Positions 47,614 to 57,239 of a DNA stretch of 64,000 bases are shown here, piece after piece (position 1 is the stretch's first letter; every line of letters begins with the position of its first letter). The DNA is from Roseibacillus sp. (lineage in GTDB: Bacteria; Verrucomicrobiota; Verrucomicrobiia; Verrucomicrobiales; Akkermansiaceae): NCBI GenBank assembly GCA_051251855.1, contig JBPOGI010000001.1, positions 1,664,001 through 1,728,000 on the forward strand, written 5' to 3'. Position numbers and translations under genes: made by a program. The notes beneath the pieces were generated by a model. The model ran no database searches. It was not told the origin of the DNA and saw only the letters and a list, made by a program, of their open reading frames with translations.

Positions 47614-50600
47614 ATGCCGAACGGTGACGCTTTCGTCTCCCAAATCCTCGACTCCCTCCCCCCCCAATCCAGCCCATCTACGGGGCAAATCTGGGGCCCA
47701 GTCGAAGAATGCGCGCGTACTTTTGTCGCCGCCAGCCTCGCTCTCAGCCAACAAAAGACGGGCTCGCGACTCTGGATCGAAGTCCCTAACCCGCGAAAAC
47801 GCAATCAGTTGGAAGAAGAACTCTCTTCCTTTCCGGGCCCTCCCCCCATCGTCATTCCTGCTCCCGAACTTCAAAATGAGACCAATATCGGCCCCGGTGG
47901 AGATTGGCAGCTCGCCCTCCATCAACTTGCCGCCGATACCCAAAACTCCCCCGTTCTTCTCTCTTCTTCCGCCTGGACCGCTGCCGCCCCCAAAGCTGAC
48001 ACTCTTCGCGAAGCGGCCCTTGAGCTCTACCCCGACCTTACTCTCGAGCCCGCTGACCTCGAAGCCCAACTTCTCGCCCAAGACTTCGAAAAAGTCCCCA
48101 AAGTCCACGCCCGACTCCAATTCGCCCGTCGCGGTGGCATCTTGGACCTCTTTCCCGCTAACACCACCCACCCCATCCGCCTCGAGTTCTTCGACGACAC
48201 CCTCGAGTCCCTGCGCGAGTTCGACATCCACAGCCAAACCACCATCAAGCGTCTCGACCATGTCCGCCTCCAACTGACTTCCCCCGAGAGCGATACCGTG
48301 CTCCGTGACTGGATGGCCAAAGACGATCTCGTTCTGACCTTCGAGGAAGACGAGGAACCTACTCCTAACACTCCCGCACATCTCCGACTCAGCGACGAAC
48401 CCACCGGACACGACCTCGAGTTCCCCGCCCTCGCGCTCCCTATTGCTACCCTCGATTCCGGCGACTTCGTGATGCACGACTTCCAACGCGATGCCGTCTT
48501 GCGCCAAATGAATGACTGGCTCCAGCAGGGGTGGACCGTCTTGCTCTCCTCCTCTAACAAGGGCGAGCATCACCGCTTCCACGAGCTCTCTAACAAGCGT
48601 TTCGAAAAAGAGAAAAACGTTCTCACTTGGAATCAATGGCTTCCCCGCGGCTTTATCCTTCCCGATAAAAAAACCGCCTTCATCTCCCTCTCTGAACTCT
48701 TCGGCCGCTTCAACAAACCCGCCCGCCTCTCCGAACTCGACAAACAACGCTCCCACACCACTCGCCTCGAAGTGGAAGAACTCCGCGAAGAGGAACTCGT
48801 CATCCACGCCGAATACGGGCTCGGCCGCTTCGAAGGCATCCAATACGACGACGAGGGACGCGAAGAGCTTATCCTCCGCTACCGCAACGAATCCTCGGTC
48901 GCAGTCCCTCTCTCTCACGCTCACCTCGTCTCCCGCTACATCGGCACCGGAGGGGCCACCCCCGATCTCTCCAAACTCGGATCGGAAAAGTGGAAAAAGA
49001 CACGCGTCCAAGCCGAGAAGGCCATCCGCGACTACGCCGCCCGCCTCCTCAAGATTCAAGCCGAGCGCGAAACCGTCTCCGGCCACACCCACCCTCCCGA
49101 TTCCAAGTGGATGTGGGACTTCGAGAACGCCTTCCCCTACACCGAGACCCCCGATCAGCTCAGCTCCATCTCCGCGACCAAGGCCGATATGGAGTCCTCC
49201 CAACCCATGGACCGCCTCATCTGTGGCGACGTCGGATTCGGAAAAACCGAGGTCGCTATTCGCGCCGCCTTCAAGGCCGTCACCGGTGGCAGCCAAGTCG
49301 CCATGCTTTGCCCCACCACCGTCCTCGCCGAGCAACACCACCGCAACTTCTGCGCCCGGATGTCGGAGTTCCCCATCACCATCCACCTCCTCAACCGCTT
49401 CCGCACCGCCGCCGAAGTCCGCGAGACCCTCAAAGGCCTCGCCGACGGCTCCGTCGATATCGTGATCGGCACCCACCGTCTCCTTTCTCCCGACCTCGCC
49501 TACCAAAACCTCGGCCTCGTCGTCGTCGACGAAGAACAACGCTTTGGAGTCAAACACAAGGAAGCCCTCAAAGAACGCTTCCGCCAAATCGACGTCCTCA
49601 CCCTTTCCGCCACCCCCATCCCGCGCACCCTCTACTTCTCCCTCATGGGTGTGCGCGACATGTCCACCATCGACACCGCGCCACCCAATCGCAATCCCGT
49701 CAAAACCGAAATCCATCAATACGACGAGCGCCTCATCAAAAAGGCCATCGAAAATGAACTCGCCCGTGGCGGCCAGGTCTTCTTCCTCCACAACCGCGTC
49801 GGCACTATCGAAGTCCTCCGCGACCGCATCCAAGAACTCGTCCCCAAAGCCAAAATTGTCGTCGGTCACGGCCAAATGGAAAAGGACGAGCTCGAAATCG
49901 TGATGCACAAGTTCGTCGAGGGCGAAGCCGACATCCTCCTCGCCACCACCATCATCGAGAGCGGCATCGACATCCCCAACGCCAACACCATCCTCATCGA
50001 CCGCGCGGATCGCTTTGGCCTCGCCGACCTCTACCAGCTCCGCGGCCGCGTCGGACGCTCCGACCGCCAAGCCTACGCCTTCCTCTTTCTCCCCCGCGAC
50101 GCCGTCACCGGAGGGGACTCCCGCAAGCGTCTCAACGCCATCCGCCAATACACCGCCCTCGGCAGCGGCTTTCGCATCGCCATGCGCGACCTCGAGATTC
50201 GCGGTGCCGGCTCCCTCCTCGGCACCAAACAATCCGGTCACATGGCCGCCATCGGCTTCGACCTCTACTGCCAACTTCTCCGTCAATCGGTAGAAGAACT
50301 CCAAGGCAAAAAGCACACCCGCCCCGCCGACCTCGTCCTCCGCGCCGACATCCTCTCTTTCACCGAAGGCCGTCACGACAAAGGACAGCTCCCCGCCTAC
50401 CTCCCCGCCGCTTTCATTCCCGAAGCCAAAGAACGCGTCGCCGCCTACCGCGCCCTTGCCACCCTCGGCAATCCCGCCGAACTCAAAGCCCTCGGCGACC
50501 AATGGCGCGACCGCTATGGCCGGCTACCCAAACCCGCCAAAAACCTCCTCCTCTCCACCCGACTTCGCCTCGCCGGAGCCTCCATTGGAGCGGACTTGTT

Positions 50601-50733
50601 AGAAATCAAAGAAAAACGCCTCATCATTCAAAAGAACGGCGGCTACCTCGCCGGCAACACCTTCCCCCGCCTCCACGCCAAGTCCCCCGAAAAACAAATC
50701 GAAGAAGCCATCTCACTTCTCGAAAACTTCTAA
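47614..50733 (+). CDS. mfd: Transcription-repair coupling factor
   Basis: [70 protein letters not shown]. Confidence 0.97.
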   Translation: MPNGDAFVSQILDSLPPQSSPSTGQIWGPVEECARTFVAASLALSQQKTGSRLWIEVPNPRKRNQLEEELSSFPGPPPIVIPAPELQNETNIGPGGDWQLALHQLAADTQNSPVLLSSSAWTAAAPKADTLREAALELYPDLTLEPADLEAQLLAQDFEKVPKVHARLQFARRGGILDLFPANTTHPIRLEFFDDTLESLREFDIHSQTTIKRLDHVRLQLTSPESDTVLRDWMAKDDLVLTFEEDEEPTPNTPAHLRLSDEPTGHDLEFPALALPIATLDSGDFVMHDFQRDAVLRQMNDWLQQGWTVLLSSSNKGEHHRFHELSNKRFEKEKNVLTWNQWLPRGFILPDKKTAFISLSELFGRFNKPARLSELDKQRSHTTRLEVEELREEELVIHAEYGLGRFEGIQYDDEGREELILRYRNESSVAVPLSHAHLVSRYIGTGGATPDLSKLGSEKWKKTRVQAEKAIRDYAARLLKIQAERETVSGHTHPPDSKWMWDFENAFPYTETPDQLSSISATKADMESSQPMDRLICGDVGFGKTEVAIRAAFKAVTGGSQVAMLCPTTVLAEQHHRNFCARMSEFPITIHLLNRFRTAAEVRETLKGLADGSVDIVIGTHRLLSPDLAYQNLGLVVVDEEQRFGVKHKEALKERFRQIDVLTLSATPIPRTLYFSLMGVRDMSTIDTAPPNRNPVKTEIHQYDERLIKKAIENELARGGQVFFLHNRVGTIEVLRDRIQELVPKAKIVVGHGQMEKDELEIVMHKFVEGEADILLATTIIESGIDIPNANTILIDRADRFGLADLYQLRGRVGRSDRQAYAFLFLPRDAVTGGDSRKRLNAIRQYTALGSGFRIAMRDLEIRGAGSLLGTKQSGHMAAIGFDLYCQLLRQSVEELQGKKHTRPADLVLRADILSFTEGRHDKGQLPAYLPAAFIPEAKERVAAYRALATLGNPAELKALGDQWRDRYGRLPKPAKNLLLSTRLRLAGASIGADLLEIKEKRLIIQKNGGYLAGNTFPRLHAKSPEKQIEEAISLLENF

Positions 50734-50813
50734 GAAAATAGGATTCATCAGGCTTCAGTTCCACCTTCGGTCCGAACCTCGTTAAAGAGGAAACCGAACC
50801 CTATCTCGTGGGG

Positions 50814-51518
50814 CTAGCTCGCCTCTTCAATCCGTCGGAGCACCTCTTGGTAACCTTCCATCACACCCCCAAGGTCTTGCCGGAAGCGATCCTTATCGAG
50901 CTTCTCTCCCGTCTTGGCATCCCAGAGACGGCAAGTGTCAGGACTCACCTCGTCGGCGAGAACGATTTCTCCGGAACTTAAGCGCCCAAATTCAATCTTA
51001 AAGTCGATCAACCGAAGCCCTGTCTTCAAGAAAAAGTCTTTGAGCACCTCGTTCACCACGAGTGCCTGCTTTTTCAAAAGAGCGCACTCTTCCTCAGTGG
51101 CGAGCCCCATTTCGCGGGCATAATCATCGTTGATGAGCGGATCTCCCAGCTCATCCGACTTGTAGCTGAACTCTACGATGGGCGTCTTGAACAAAGTGCC
51201 CTCTGCCACTCCGGTGCGCTTACTGAAGCTACCAGCCGCGACGTTGCGCACAATCACTTCCACCATCAGAATCTCGACCTTTTTCACCATCAAATTGATG
51301 ACATCCTTGTCGGCCGCCAAGTGGGTCTTAACTCCCTTATCCTCAAGCATTCGGTAGAGAAGCAGCGTAATCGCTTTATTGAGCTGTCCTTTGCTCTCGA
51401 AAACCGCCTTTTTCTCGGCATTGAAGGCGGTGGCCTCATCCTTGAACTCCATCCGTAGGATTTCAGGGTCATCTGTGGTGTAGAGGCGCTTCGCTTTGCC
51501 TTCGTAAAGTGGTTCCAT
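50814..51518 (-). CDS. purC: SAICAR synthase
   Basis: LYEGKAKRLY, FKDEATAFN, EVIVRN, YKSDELGDP, DFKIEFG, LADEVSPDTCRLWD, DKDRFR. Confidence 0.97.
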   Translation of the reverse strand: MEPLYEGKAKRLYTTDDPEILRMEFKDEATAFNAEKKAVFESKGQLNKAITLLLYRMLEDKGVKTHLAADKDVINLMVKKVEILMVEVIVRNVAAGSFSKRTGVAEGTLFKTPIVEFSYKSDELGDPLINDDYAREMGLATEEECALLKKQALVVNEVLKDFFLKTGLRLIDFKIEFGRLSSGEIVLADEVSPDTCRLWDAKTGEKLDKDRFRQDLGGVMEGYQEVLRRIEEAS

Positions 51519-51620
51519 CCCCTTTGCTAATGCCCCGAGGGCTGCGCGGGAAGCCCGAAATCTGTTCCATGACCCAAACCTGCCTTTTCCCTTCTGCACC
51601 TAAGGCCCATAACTGCCTAC

Positions 51621-52997
51621 GTGTCCGATGCCGTAACCTTGCGCAGCCTTTGCCGCGCCCCCGAAATTGGGGCTAATTCCTATCAACTGAGCTTCGGCGA
51701 AACCAACCTCGTCATCGACGCGGGAATGCATCCCAAGCAGGATGGCGAAGAAGCCATTCCACGCTTTGGGATACTCGACCACGACTCCGTTGATGCCATT
51801 TTCATCTCCCATGCGCACTTAGACCACATCGGAACGCTACCGGTCCTCCAGCGAGAGCAACCACGTGCACGTGTCTACATGACGCCTGAGGTCGTCGATT
51901 TGGCAGATGCCCTCCTCCACAATTCCGTCAACGTGATGACGAGCCAAGGGGACGAACTGGGTATCGATGCCTACCCTCTCTTCACCCATGCCGACCTGGA
52001 TGAACTGAGTCAGGTCTGGCAAGGCCAGCACTACCGCAAGGAGTTCGACCCCGTTTGGGATGCGGATTTGAAGGTCACCTTTCGCGATGCCGGCCACGTC
52101 CTCGGTTCTGCCGGAATCCTCTTTGAGGGAGGCGGGAAGCGCGTTTTCTACTCTGGCGACGTCCAATTTAAGGATCAAAGCCTCATCAAGGGAGCCGACT
52201 TTGGCGATTTGGGACCCCTCGATACCCTCATCGTCGAGACCACTCGCGGAAACACTCCAGCTGAGCCCGGTTTTGATCGCGAAGAGGAGGTCCAACGCCT
52301 GATCGCGGACGTCACCAAGACCATTAACGGCAACGGCTCAGCTCTCATCCCTGTCTTTGCGATGGGAAAAACCCAGGAAGTACTGACCATGATCCAAAAT
52401 GCGAAGGAATCAGGCGACCTCCCCGATGTGCCCGTCACCATCGGAGGGCTTTCCACCAAAATGACGACCATCTATGACCGTTACGCCTCCAATAAGAACC
52501 GTAAGCGACCTGACTTCCGTATCTTACGTGACATGGAGCTGCGTGCAGGCACTCGACGACGCGGCAAAAGTGTCCCCATTCGCTACCAAGAGCAGGCTAT
52601 CTATGCCCTTTCAAGCGGGATGATGTCTGAGAACACCGTCTCCAATAAATTTGCCCAGACATTCCTCCCTAATCCCGCAAATTCGGTTCACTTCGTCGGC
52701 TACTCCGATCCTTCCACCCCTTCTTATCACCTGCGCCAAGCTTCGACCGGCGACATGATCAGCCTGGACGAGCGTAAAGACCCCGTGGCTCTGAATTGCG
52801 AAGTGAAGGAATATAATTTCTCAGGTCATGCCGACCGCGAACAATTGATGGAGTTCATCATCGGAACCGGAGCCAAGAATATTTTCCTCGTTCACGGAGA
52901 CCTTCCAGCATCGAAGTGGTTCCAGCAAGAACTCGCCAAACGAATGCCCTCGGCTGAGGTCACCATTCCCGATCCCGGAACCAATTACGCGCTCTAA
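51621..52997 (+). CDS. MBL-fold beta-CASP ribonuclease (CPSF73-like)
   Basis: EIGANS, SHAHLDH, DAGHVLGS, SGD, PVFAMGK, SSGM, FSGHAD, VHG. Confidence 0.9.
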   Translation: MSDAVTLRSLCRAPEIGANSYQLSFGETNLVIDAGMHPKQDGEEAIPRFGILDHDSVDAIFISHAHLDHIGTLPVLQREQPRARVYMTPEVVDLADALLHNSVNVMTSQGDELGIDAYPLFTHADLDELSQVWQGQHYRKEFDPVWDADLKVTFRDAGHVLGSAGILFEGGGKRVFYSGDVQFKDQSLIKGADFGDLGPLDTLIVETTRGNTPAEPGFDREEEVQRLIADVTKTINGNGSALIPVFAMGKTQEVLTMIQNAKESGDLPDVPVTIGGLSTKMTTIYDRYASNKNRKRPDFRILRDMELRAGTRRRGKSVPIRYQEQAIYALSSGMMSENTVSNKFAQTFLPNPANSVHFVGYSDPSTPSYHLRQASTGDMISLDERKDPVALNCEVKEYNFSGHADREQLMEFIIGTGAKNIFLVHGDLPASKWFQQELAKRMPSAEVTIPDPGTNYAL

Positions 52998-54034
52998 TCA
53001 GCGCTTGATTGACGCTTCAATTCGTCGAGTTCACGGCGCAAATTTTTGAGCTCTTCTCGCATCTCGGGAATCTTACGGGTACCCACCAGTCGGCGCTTCT
53101 CCACCTTAATAGGTTTAGCGGGCACTCCCCAATAAGTCCCGGGCTCTTCGATGCTTTTCGACACCCCTGTTCGGGCAGCTAAGACAACGTGGTCGCAAAC
53201 CTCCAAATGCCCAGCCAGCCCAGACTGCGCCGCAACGGTAACGTAGTTCCCAATCTTGCAGCTGCCTGCAATCCCTACATGGGCCACGATCAGGCAATGC
53301 TCGCCGATGATGACGTTATGACCAACCTGAACGAGGTTGTCGATTTTCGTGCCTTTCCCAATAACTGTCTTCCCGAAACGTGCACGGTCGACGGTAGAAT
53401 TGGCTCCAATCTCCACTTCGTCCTCCAAAACCACAATACCCACCTGAGGTATGGAGCGATGTCGCCCATCGACCAGTTCATAACCAAATCCTTCGGATCC
53501 AATGGAAGCTCCCGGCTGCAATAGAACGCGATCACCCAATATACAGCGCTCGCGCACCACCGCATTGGCAAAAAGAATGCAGTCCTCGCCGATGATTGCT
53601 CCTCGTTCAACAACAACGCCGGGCCCAATTTCGGTCCCCTTACCCACAACCGCACCAGCCTCCACCACCGCGTTGGCTCGAATCATTGCTCCGTCCACTT
53701 GGGCCGTTTCATCCACAAAAGCGGAAGGATGAATCGCCGCTTCATAAGGCCTCTTCTTTTGAACTTCTTCGACGACTTGACTGAAAGCTACCGAAGGATT
53801 CTCGACGTCGATCACCGCCATGCCTTCCCGCGCAATCGGGGCCCGAGCCACAGTGAGCACCGCACCCGCTTGGCAGCCTAAATAGTCATTGAGATACTTC
53901 TCGTTCCCAAGAAAACTGAGGTCCAATGGACCGGCATCACCCAAAGAAGCGAATCCTGTGATCCGAAAATCAGGATCCCCGACACGAAGACGCCCTCCGC
54001 AGAGGGCGACAATTTCAGAGATGGAAAAATCCAC
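52994..54034 (-). CDS. lpxD: UDP-3-O-acylglucosamine N-acyltransferase
   Basis: LSFLGNEKY, hexapeptide repeats, IGSEGFGY, IPQVG, DRA, KIDNLVQVGHN. Confidence 0.96.
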   Translation of the reverse strand: MDFSISEIVALCGGRLRVGDPDFRITGFASLGDAGPLDLSFLGNEKYLNDYLGCQAGAVLTVARAPIAREGMAVIDVENPSVAFSQVVEEVQKKRPYEAAIHPSAFVDETAQVDGAMIRANAVVEAGAVVGKGTEIGPGVVVERGAIIGEDCILFANAVVRERCILGDRVLLQPGASIGSEGFGYELVDGRHRSIPQVGIVVLEDEVEIGANSTVDRARFGKTVIGKGTKIDNLVQVGHNVIIGEHCLIVAHVGIAGSCKIGNYVTVAAQSGLAGHLEVCDHVVLAARTGVSKSIEEPGTYWGVPAKPIKVEKRRLVGTRKIPEMREELKNLRRELDELKRQSSAD

Positions 54035-54051
54035 GATGAAACAATTAAAAC

Positions 54052-54627
54052 TTACTGTGCGGGAGCATCCTTATTGAGCTCCTTCAGGAGACCTTCGGTG
54101 ATGTCGTAGGTGTCCTTAGAATAGAGAAGAACAGGAACCTGAGTGGTGCTGTTACCTGACTTATCAAAAACGAAGTCGTAGTCCTCAGCCTTAGCCTTCT
54201 CTTCAAGCAACTTGGTGATTTCCTCAAGAATACCACGCATTTGGCGCTGCATTTCTTCCTGAACCTGACGACGCTTACGGTCGAGATACTCTTTGAGTGA
54301 ACGGCTCATCGCGATGCCTTCTTGCTGTTTAAGCTGGAGTTGCTCGTAAATCTCCTTCTTTTTGGCCTCGTTGAGGGAAGGATCCTCAAACTGCTTGCGA
54401 AGAGTATTGATCTCCTCCTCGAGCTCTTGAATCTGCTTCTGCTTCTCATTGTTCGCTTTCGTCAACAGAGCCTGCTTTTCATTGAGTTCCTGCTGGGCTT
54501 CCTCAGTACGATAATAGTCCTTGAGGAGGCGCTTCATATCAACGGTAGCGACCTTGATTTCTTGCGCTCCAACTTGAGCGAACGAGATGAGGGCAAAAAG
54601 GGCTGCGAAAAGAATTCCTGTCTTCAT
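54052..54627 (-). CDS. skp: Skp/OmpH periplasmic chaperone
   Basis: Signal peptide, KVATVDM, coiled coil, YDFVFDKSG, VLLY...DIT. Confidence 0.9.
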   Translation of the reverse strand: MKTGILFAALFALISFAQVGAQEIKVATVDMKRLLKDYYRTEEAQQELNEKQALLTKANNEKQKQIQELEEEINTLRKQFEDPSLNEAKKKEIYEQLQLKQQEGIAMSRSLKEYLDRKRRQVQEEMQRQMRGILEEITKLLEEKAKAEDYDFVFDKSGNSTTQVPVLLYSKDTYDITEGLLKELNKDAPAQ

Positions 54628-54706
54628 AAATATTTTGGGTGGACTGTGATGTCTGGCCGAGACGTTGGAGAGCTTTTGGACTCTCGTCAACGATTCTGGT
54701 CGTCTT

Positions 54707-55315
54707 TTAGCGTTTGTCGTCCCCACTCTTGCTCAATTCTTTTTCCATGAGCGGAGTCATATCAGTGGCATTCTTGGCGAAGAGCATAGGGATCACTTGA
54801 TTCGAGTTACTCCCAGAAATATCAATGACCATATCAAACCCCTCAGAATCAGCCTTCTTTGCGGTCAACTCGACGATTTCCTCTAAGATTCCGGCCATTC
54901 TTCGGACCATTTGTTTGTTTAATGCCTGATTGGCCGTAGCGCGCTCGCCGCTCTTCTGCTGTTCCGCCATTTGAAGCTCCCGGGTAATAATGGGAAGCTC
55001 TCGCTGCAAGTCCGCTATTTCAGCCTCTGAAGCATCGCCCTTTCGAACGTTAAATATGCGCTGTTCGGCGACTCTTCGACGTTTTTGAATCTCATTCGTC
55101 GCTAACTGACTCTTCTTCTGAATTTCAGCTCGTGCGAGGTCGATCTCGCGCTCAGCAACCAAAGTCTTTCGATAACCTTGAAAAAGCTTTTGAATATCCA
55201 CCGTGGCCACCTTCATGACCGGAGCTCGGCTCACTTCCAGCCGACTGGGAGGCTCCTGACCAAAAGCGAAGAAGGAGATCAGAAAACACACGCTGACAAA
55301 AGAACGAAGGGGCAC
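54707..55315 (-). CDS. skp: Second Skp/OmpH paralog
   Basis: KVATVDIQKLF...FDMVIDISG..LFAK...DMT; start approximate (GTG 55315). Confidence 0.8.
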   Translation of the reverse strand: MPLRSFVSVCFLISFFAFGQEPPSRLEVSRAPVMKVATVDIQKLFQGYRKTLVAEREIDLARAEIQKKSQLATNEIQKRRRVAEQRIFNVRKGDASEAEIADLQRELPIITRELQMAEQQKSGERATANQALNKQMVRRMAGILEEIVELTAKKADSEGFDMVIDISGSNSNQVIPMLFAKNATDMTPLMEKELSKSGDDKR

Positions 55316-55379
55316 AGCTCGAATTTGAAAGTTGCCACTCCTTTCCGACAAGAAGAAACTCCCTCCCCCCTTGTCATCC

Positions 55380-56231
55380 ATGAAGACCTCCCAAACGACC
55401 GCCGATCTCCTAAACCAACGCATAAACTGGTCTGGCCCAGTGGCTTTCGTCCCTACGATGGGCGCCTTGCACCCAGGGCACGCCAGTCTCTTCCAAAAAG
55501 CGCGTGAGACCGTGGGCGAGAAAGGCACTGTCGTTGCCTCTATTTTTGTCAATCCGCTGCAGTTCGACCGACCAGAAGACCTGCAGAATTACCCTCAAAC
55601 ACTCGCTACCGATCTCGAAGAATGCCGTCAACAAGGGGTGGATCATGTCTTTCACCCCACTGCCGCAGATTTTTACGCCAAAAACCACTCCATCCAGGTG
55701 CTTGAGAAAAAGCTCGCTACGCATCTCTGCGGAGCCAGCCGCCCCGGTCACTTCGACGGCGTTTGCACCGTCGTTCTCAAACTCTTCAACCTCGTCCAAC
55801 CCAACTTCGCTGTCTTTGGAAAAAAGGACTACCAGCAATTGGCCATCATTCGCCGTATGATCCGAGATCTCTCCCTCGATATCGAAATCGTTGCCGCCGA
55901 TACCTTTCGGGAAGAAGACGGCCTCGCGATGTCTTCCCGCAACCGAAACCTCACTCTTGAACACCGCGCTGACGCCCCTCGCTTGCGCAAAGCTTTGCTC
56001 GCGGCGCACAACCTCGCAGTTACCGGAGAACGAAGTCCCGAGCGTTACCTCGCCGCAGCACGCCACCAACTTCAAGGAGCGCCCGAAGGCTTTAGCGTCG
56101 ACTACCTCGAATTCGTTTCCAGCGAAACCCTCCAGCCTCTTGCCTCTGTCAATGAGCATGCCCTCCTCGCCATTGCTGTGTTCTATAGCGACGTTCGCCT
56201 CATCGACAACATCGAGATCGATGCGGCTTAG
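55380..56231 (+). CDS. panC: Pantoate-beta-alanine ligase
   Basis: FVPTMGALHPGH, SIFVNPLQF, RPGHFDGV, FGKKDYQQ, DGLAMSSRN, RLIDN. Confidence 0.96.
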   Translation: MKTSQTTADLLNQRINWSGPVAFVPTMGALHPGHASLFQKARETVGEKGTVVASIFVNPLQFDRPEDLQNYPQTLATDLEECRQQGVDHVFHPTAADFYAKNHSIQVLEKKLATHLCGASRPGHFDGVCTVVLKLFNLVQPNFAVFGKKDYQQLAIIRRMIRDLSLDIEIVAADTFREEDGLAMSSRNRNLTLEHRADAPRLRKALLAAHNLAVTGERSPERYLAAARHQLQGAPEGFSVDYLEFVSSETLQPLASVNEHALLAIAVFYSDVRLIDNIEIDAA

Positions 56232-56300
56232 CCCATCGGGTTCGTCATCCTACCATTTCCGCATTGGACCATTGCCGATGCCTTGTCCATGGTAGACGCA

Positions 56301-57239
56301 ATGCTTGCTTTCTCCACTTGTTGGAACAACTCCCGCCATAGCGATGGCGAGGAAATGGTGGATGAGATCCTCGAACTCGGATTCGACCACTTGGAACTCT
56401 CCCACGGGATGACCATCGCCAAGCTCCCTGGTCTGCAGAGAGCCTACAAGGCGGGCAAGTTCACCTGCGTGGGTGTCCATAACTACTTTCCTTCTCCCAC
56501 CGAGGTTATGATCGATGCGCCCGATGCCTATGAGTTCACCTCCTTTCGCGAGAACGAGCGCCAGCGTGCGATGGACATGACCCTCAAGACCCTCGATGTC
56601 GCCGCTGAGTTCGAAGCCAAATACCTCGTCCTTCATATGGGCTCCATCCCCCAAATGCCTCATAAAAAGTGGACCGGCAAACTGACAGCCATGGTCAAAG
56701 ATGGCGAACAGGACAATCCCGACTACGTCAAACATAAGTTGAAGTGTGTCAAAAAGCGGGAAAAACACGGCCCCCTCTACTTTGACCGTGCTTGCAAGAC
56801 CCTCGAAGTCCTGGCCGAACGAGCTGCTGAACTCAATATCAAACTTGCAGTCGAATCACGTTCCAAGTTCGAGGATATGCCCACCGAACGAGAGATGCTC
56901 GTGCTACAAGAACGATTCAAGGACCACCCGAATGTTGTCTATTGGCATGATTTTGGCCACGTGCAGCTCAAGCACAACCTCGGTCTGTTAGAGCATGCTG
57001 ATTGGCTACGCAAAGTTCAGCCCTATCTTTATGGAGCTCACGTGCACGACGTGGAGTGGCCAGCCCGCGACCATCGAGTCCCCTTCACCGGCGAATTAGA
57101 CTACAAGAACCTCTTCCAATACTTCCCCAAAGATGCGCCCCTCACTTGGGAGCTTTCCCCCACCAGAAAGGCCGCGCAAATCAGCACGGCCTTAGAAGTT
57201 TGGAAAAGTCTTTATCCTGAGACCATCGTCACTCGTTAG
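56301..57239 (+). CDS. Sugar-phosphate isomerase/epimerase-like TIM-barrel (AP_endonuc_2) protein
   Basis: LGFDHLEL, HN, VLHMG, LAVE, HDFGH, HVHD, DH..PF.G, WEL metal-binding pattern. Confidence 0.82.
   Translation: MLAFSTCWNNSRHSDGEEMVDEILELGFDHLELSHGMTIAKLPGLQRAYKAGKFTCVGVHNYFPSPTEVMIDAPDAYEFTSFRENERQRAMDMTLKTLDVAAEFEAKYLVLHMGSIPQMPHKKWTGKLTAMVKDGEQDNPDYVKHKLKCVKKREKHGPLYFDRACKTLEVLAERAAELNIKLAVESRSKFEDMPTEREMLVLQERFKDHPNVVYWHDFGHVQLKHNLGLLEHADWLRKVQPYLYGAHVHDVEWPARDHRVPFTGELDYKNLFQYFPKDAPLTWELSPTRKAAQISTALEVWKSLYPETIVTR

Noticed and set aside
47587..50502. 971-aa ORF antisense to mfd
   Set aside because: Codon-aligned shadow; mfd codon bias avoids TTA/CTA/TCA so the reverse frame lacks stops; no motifs
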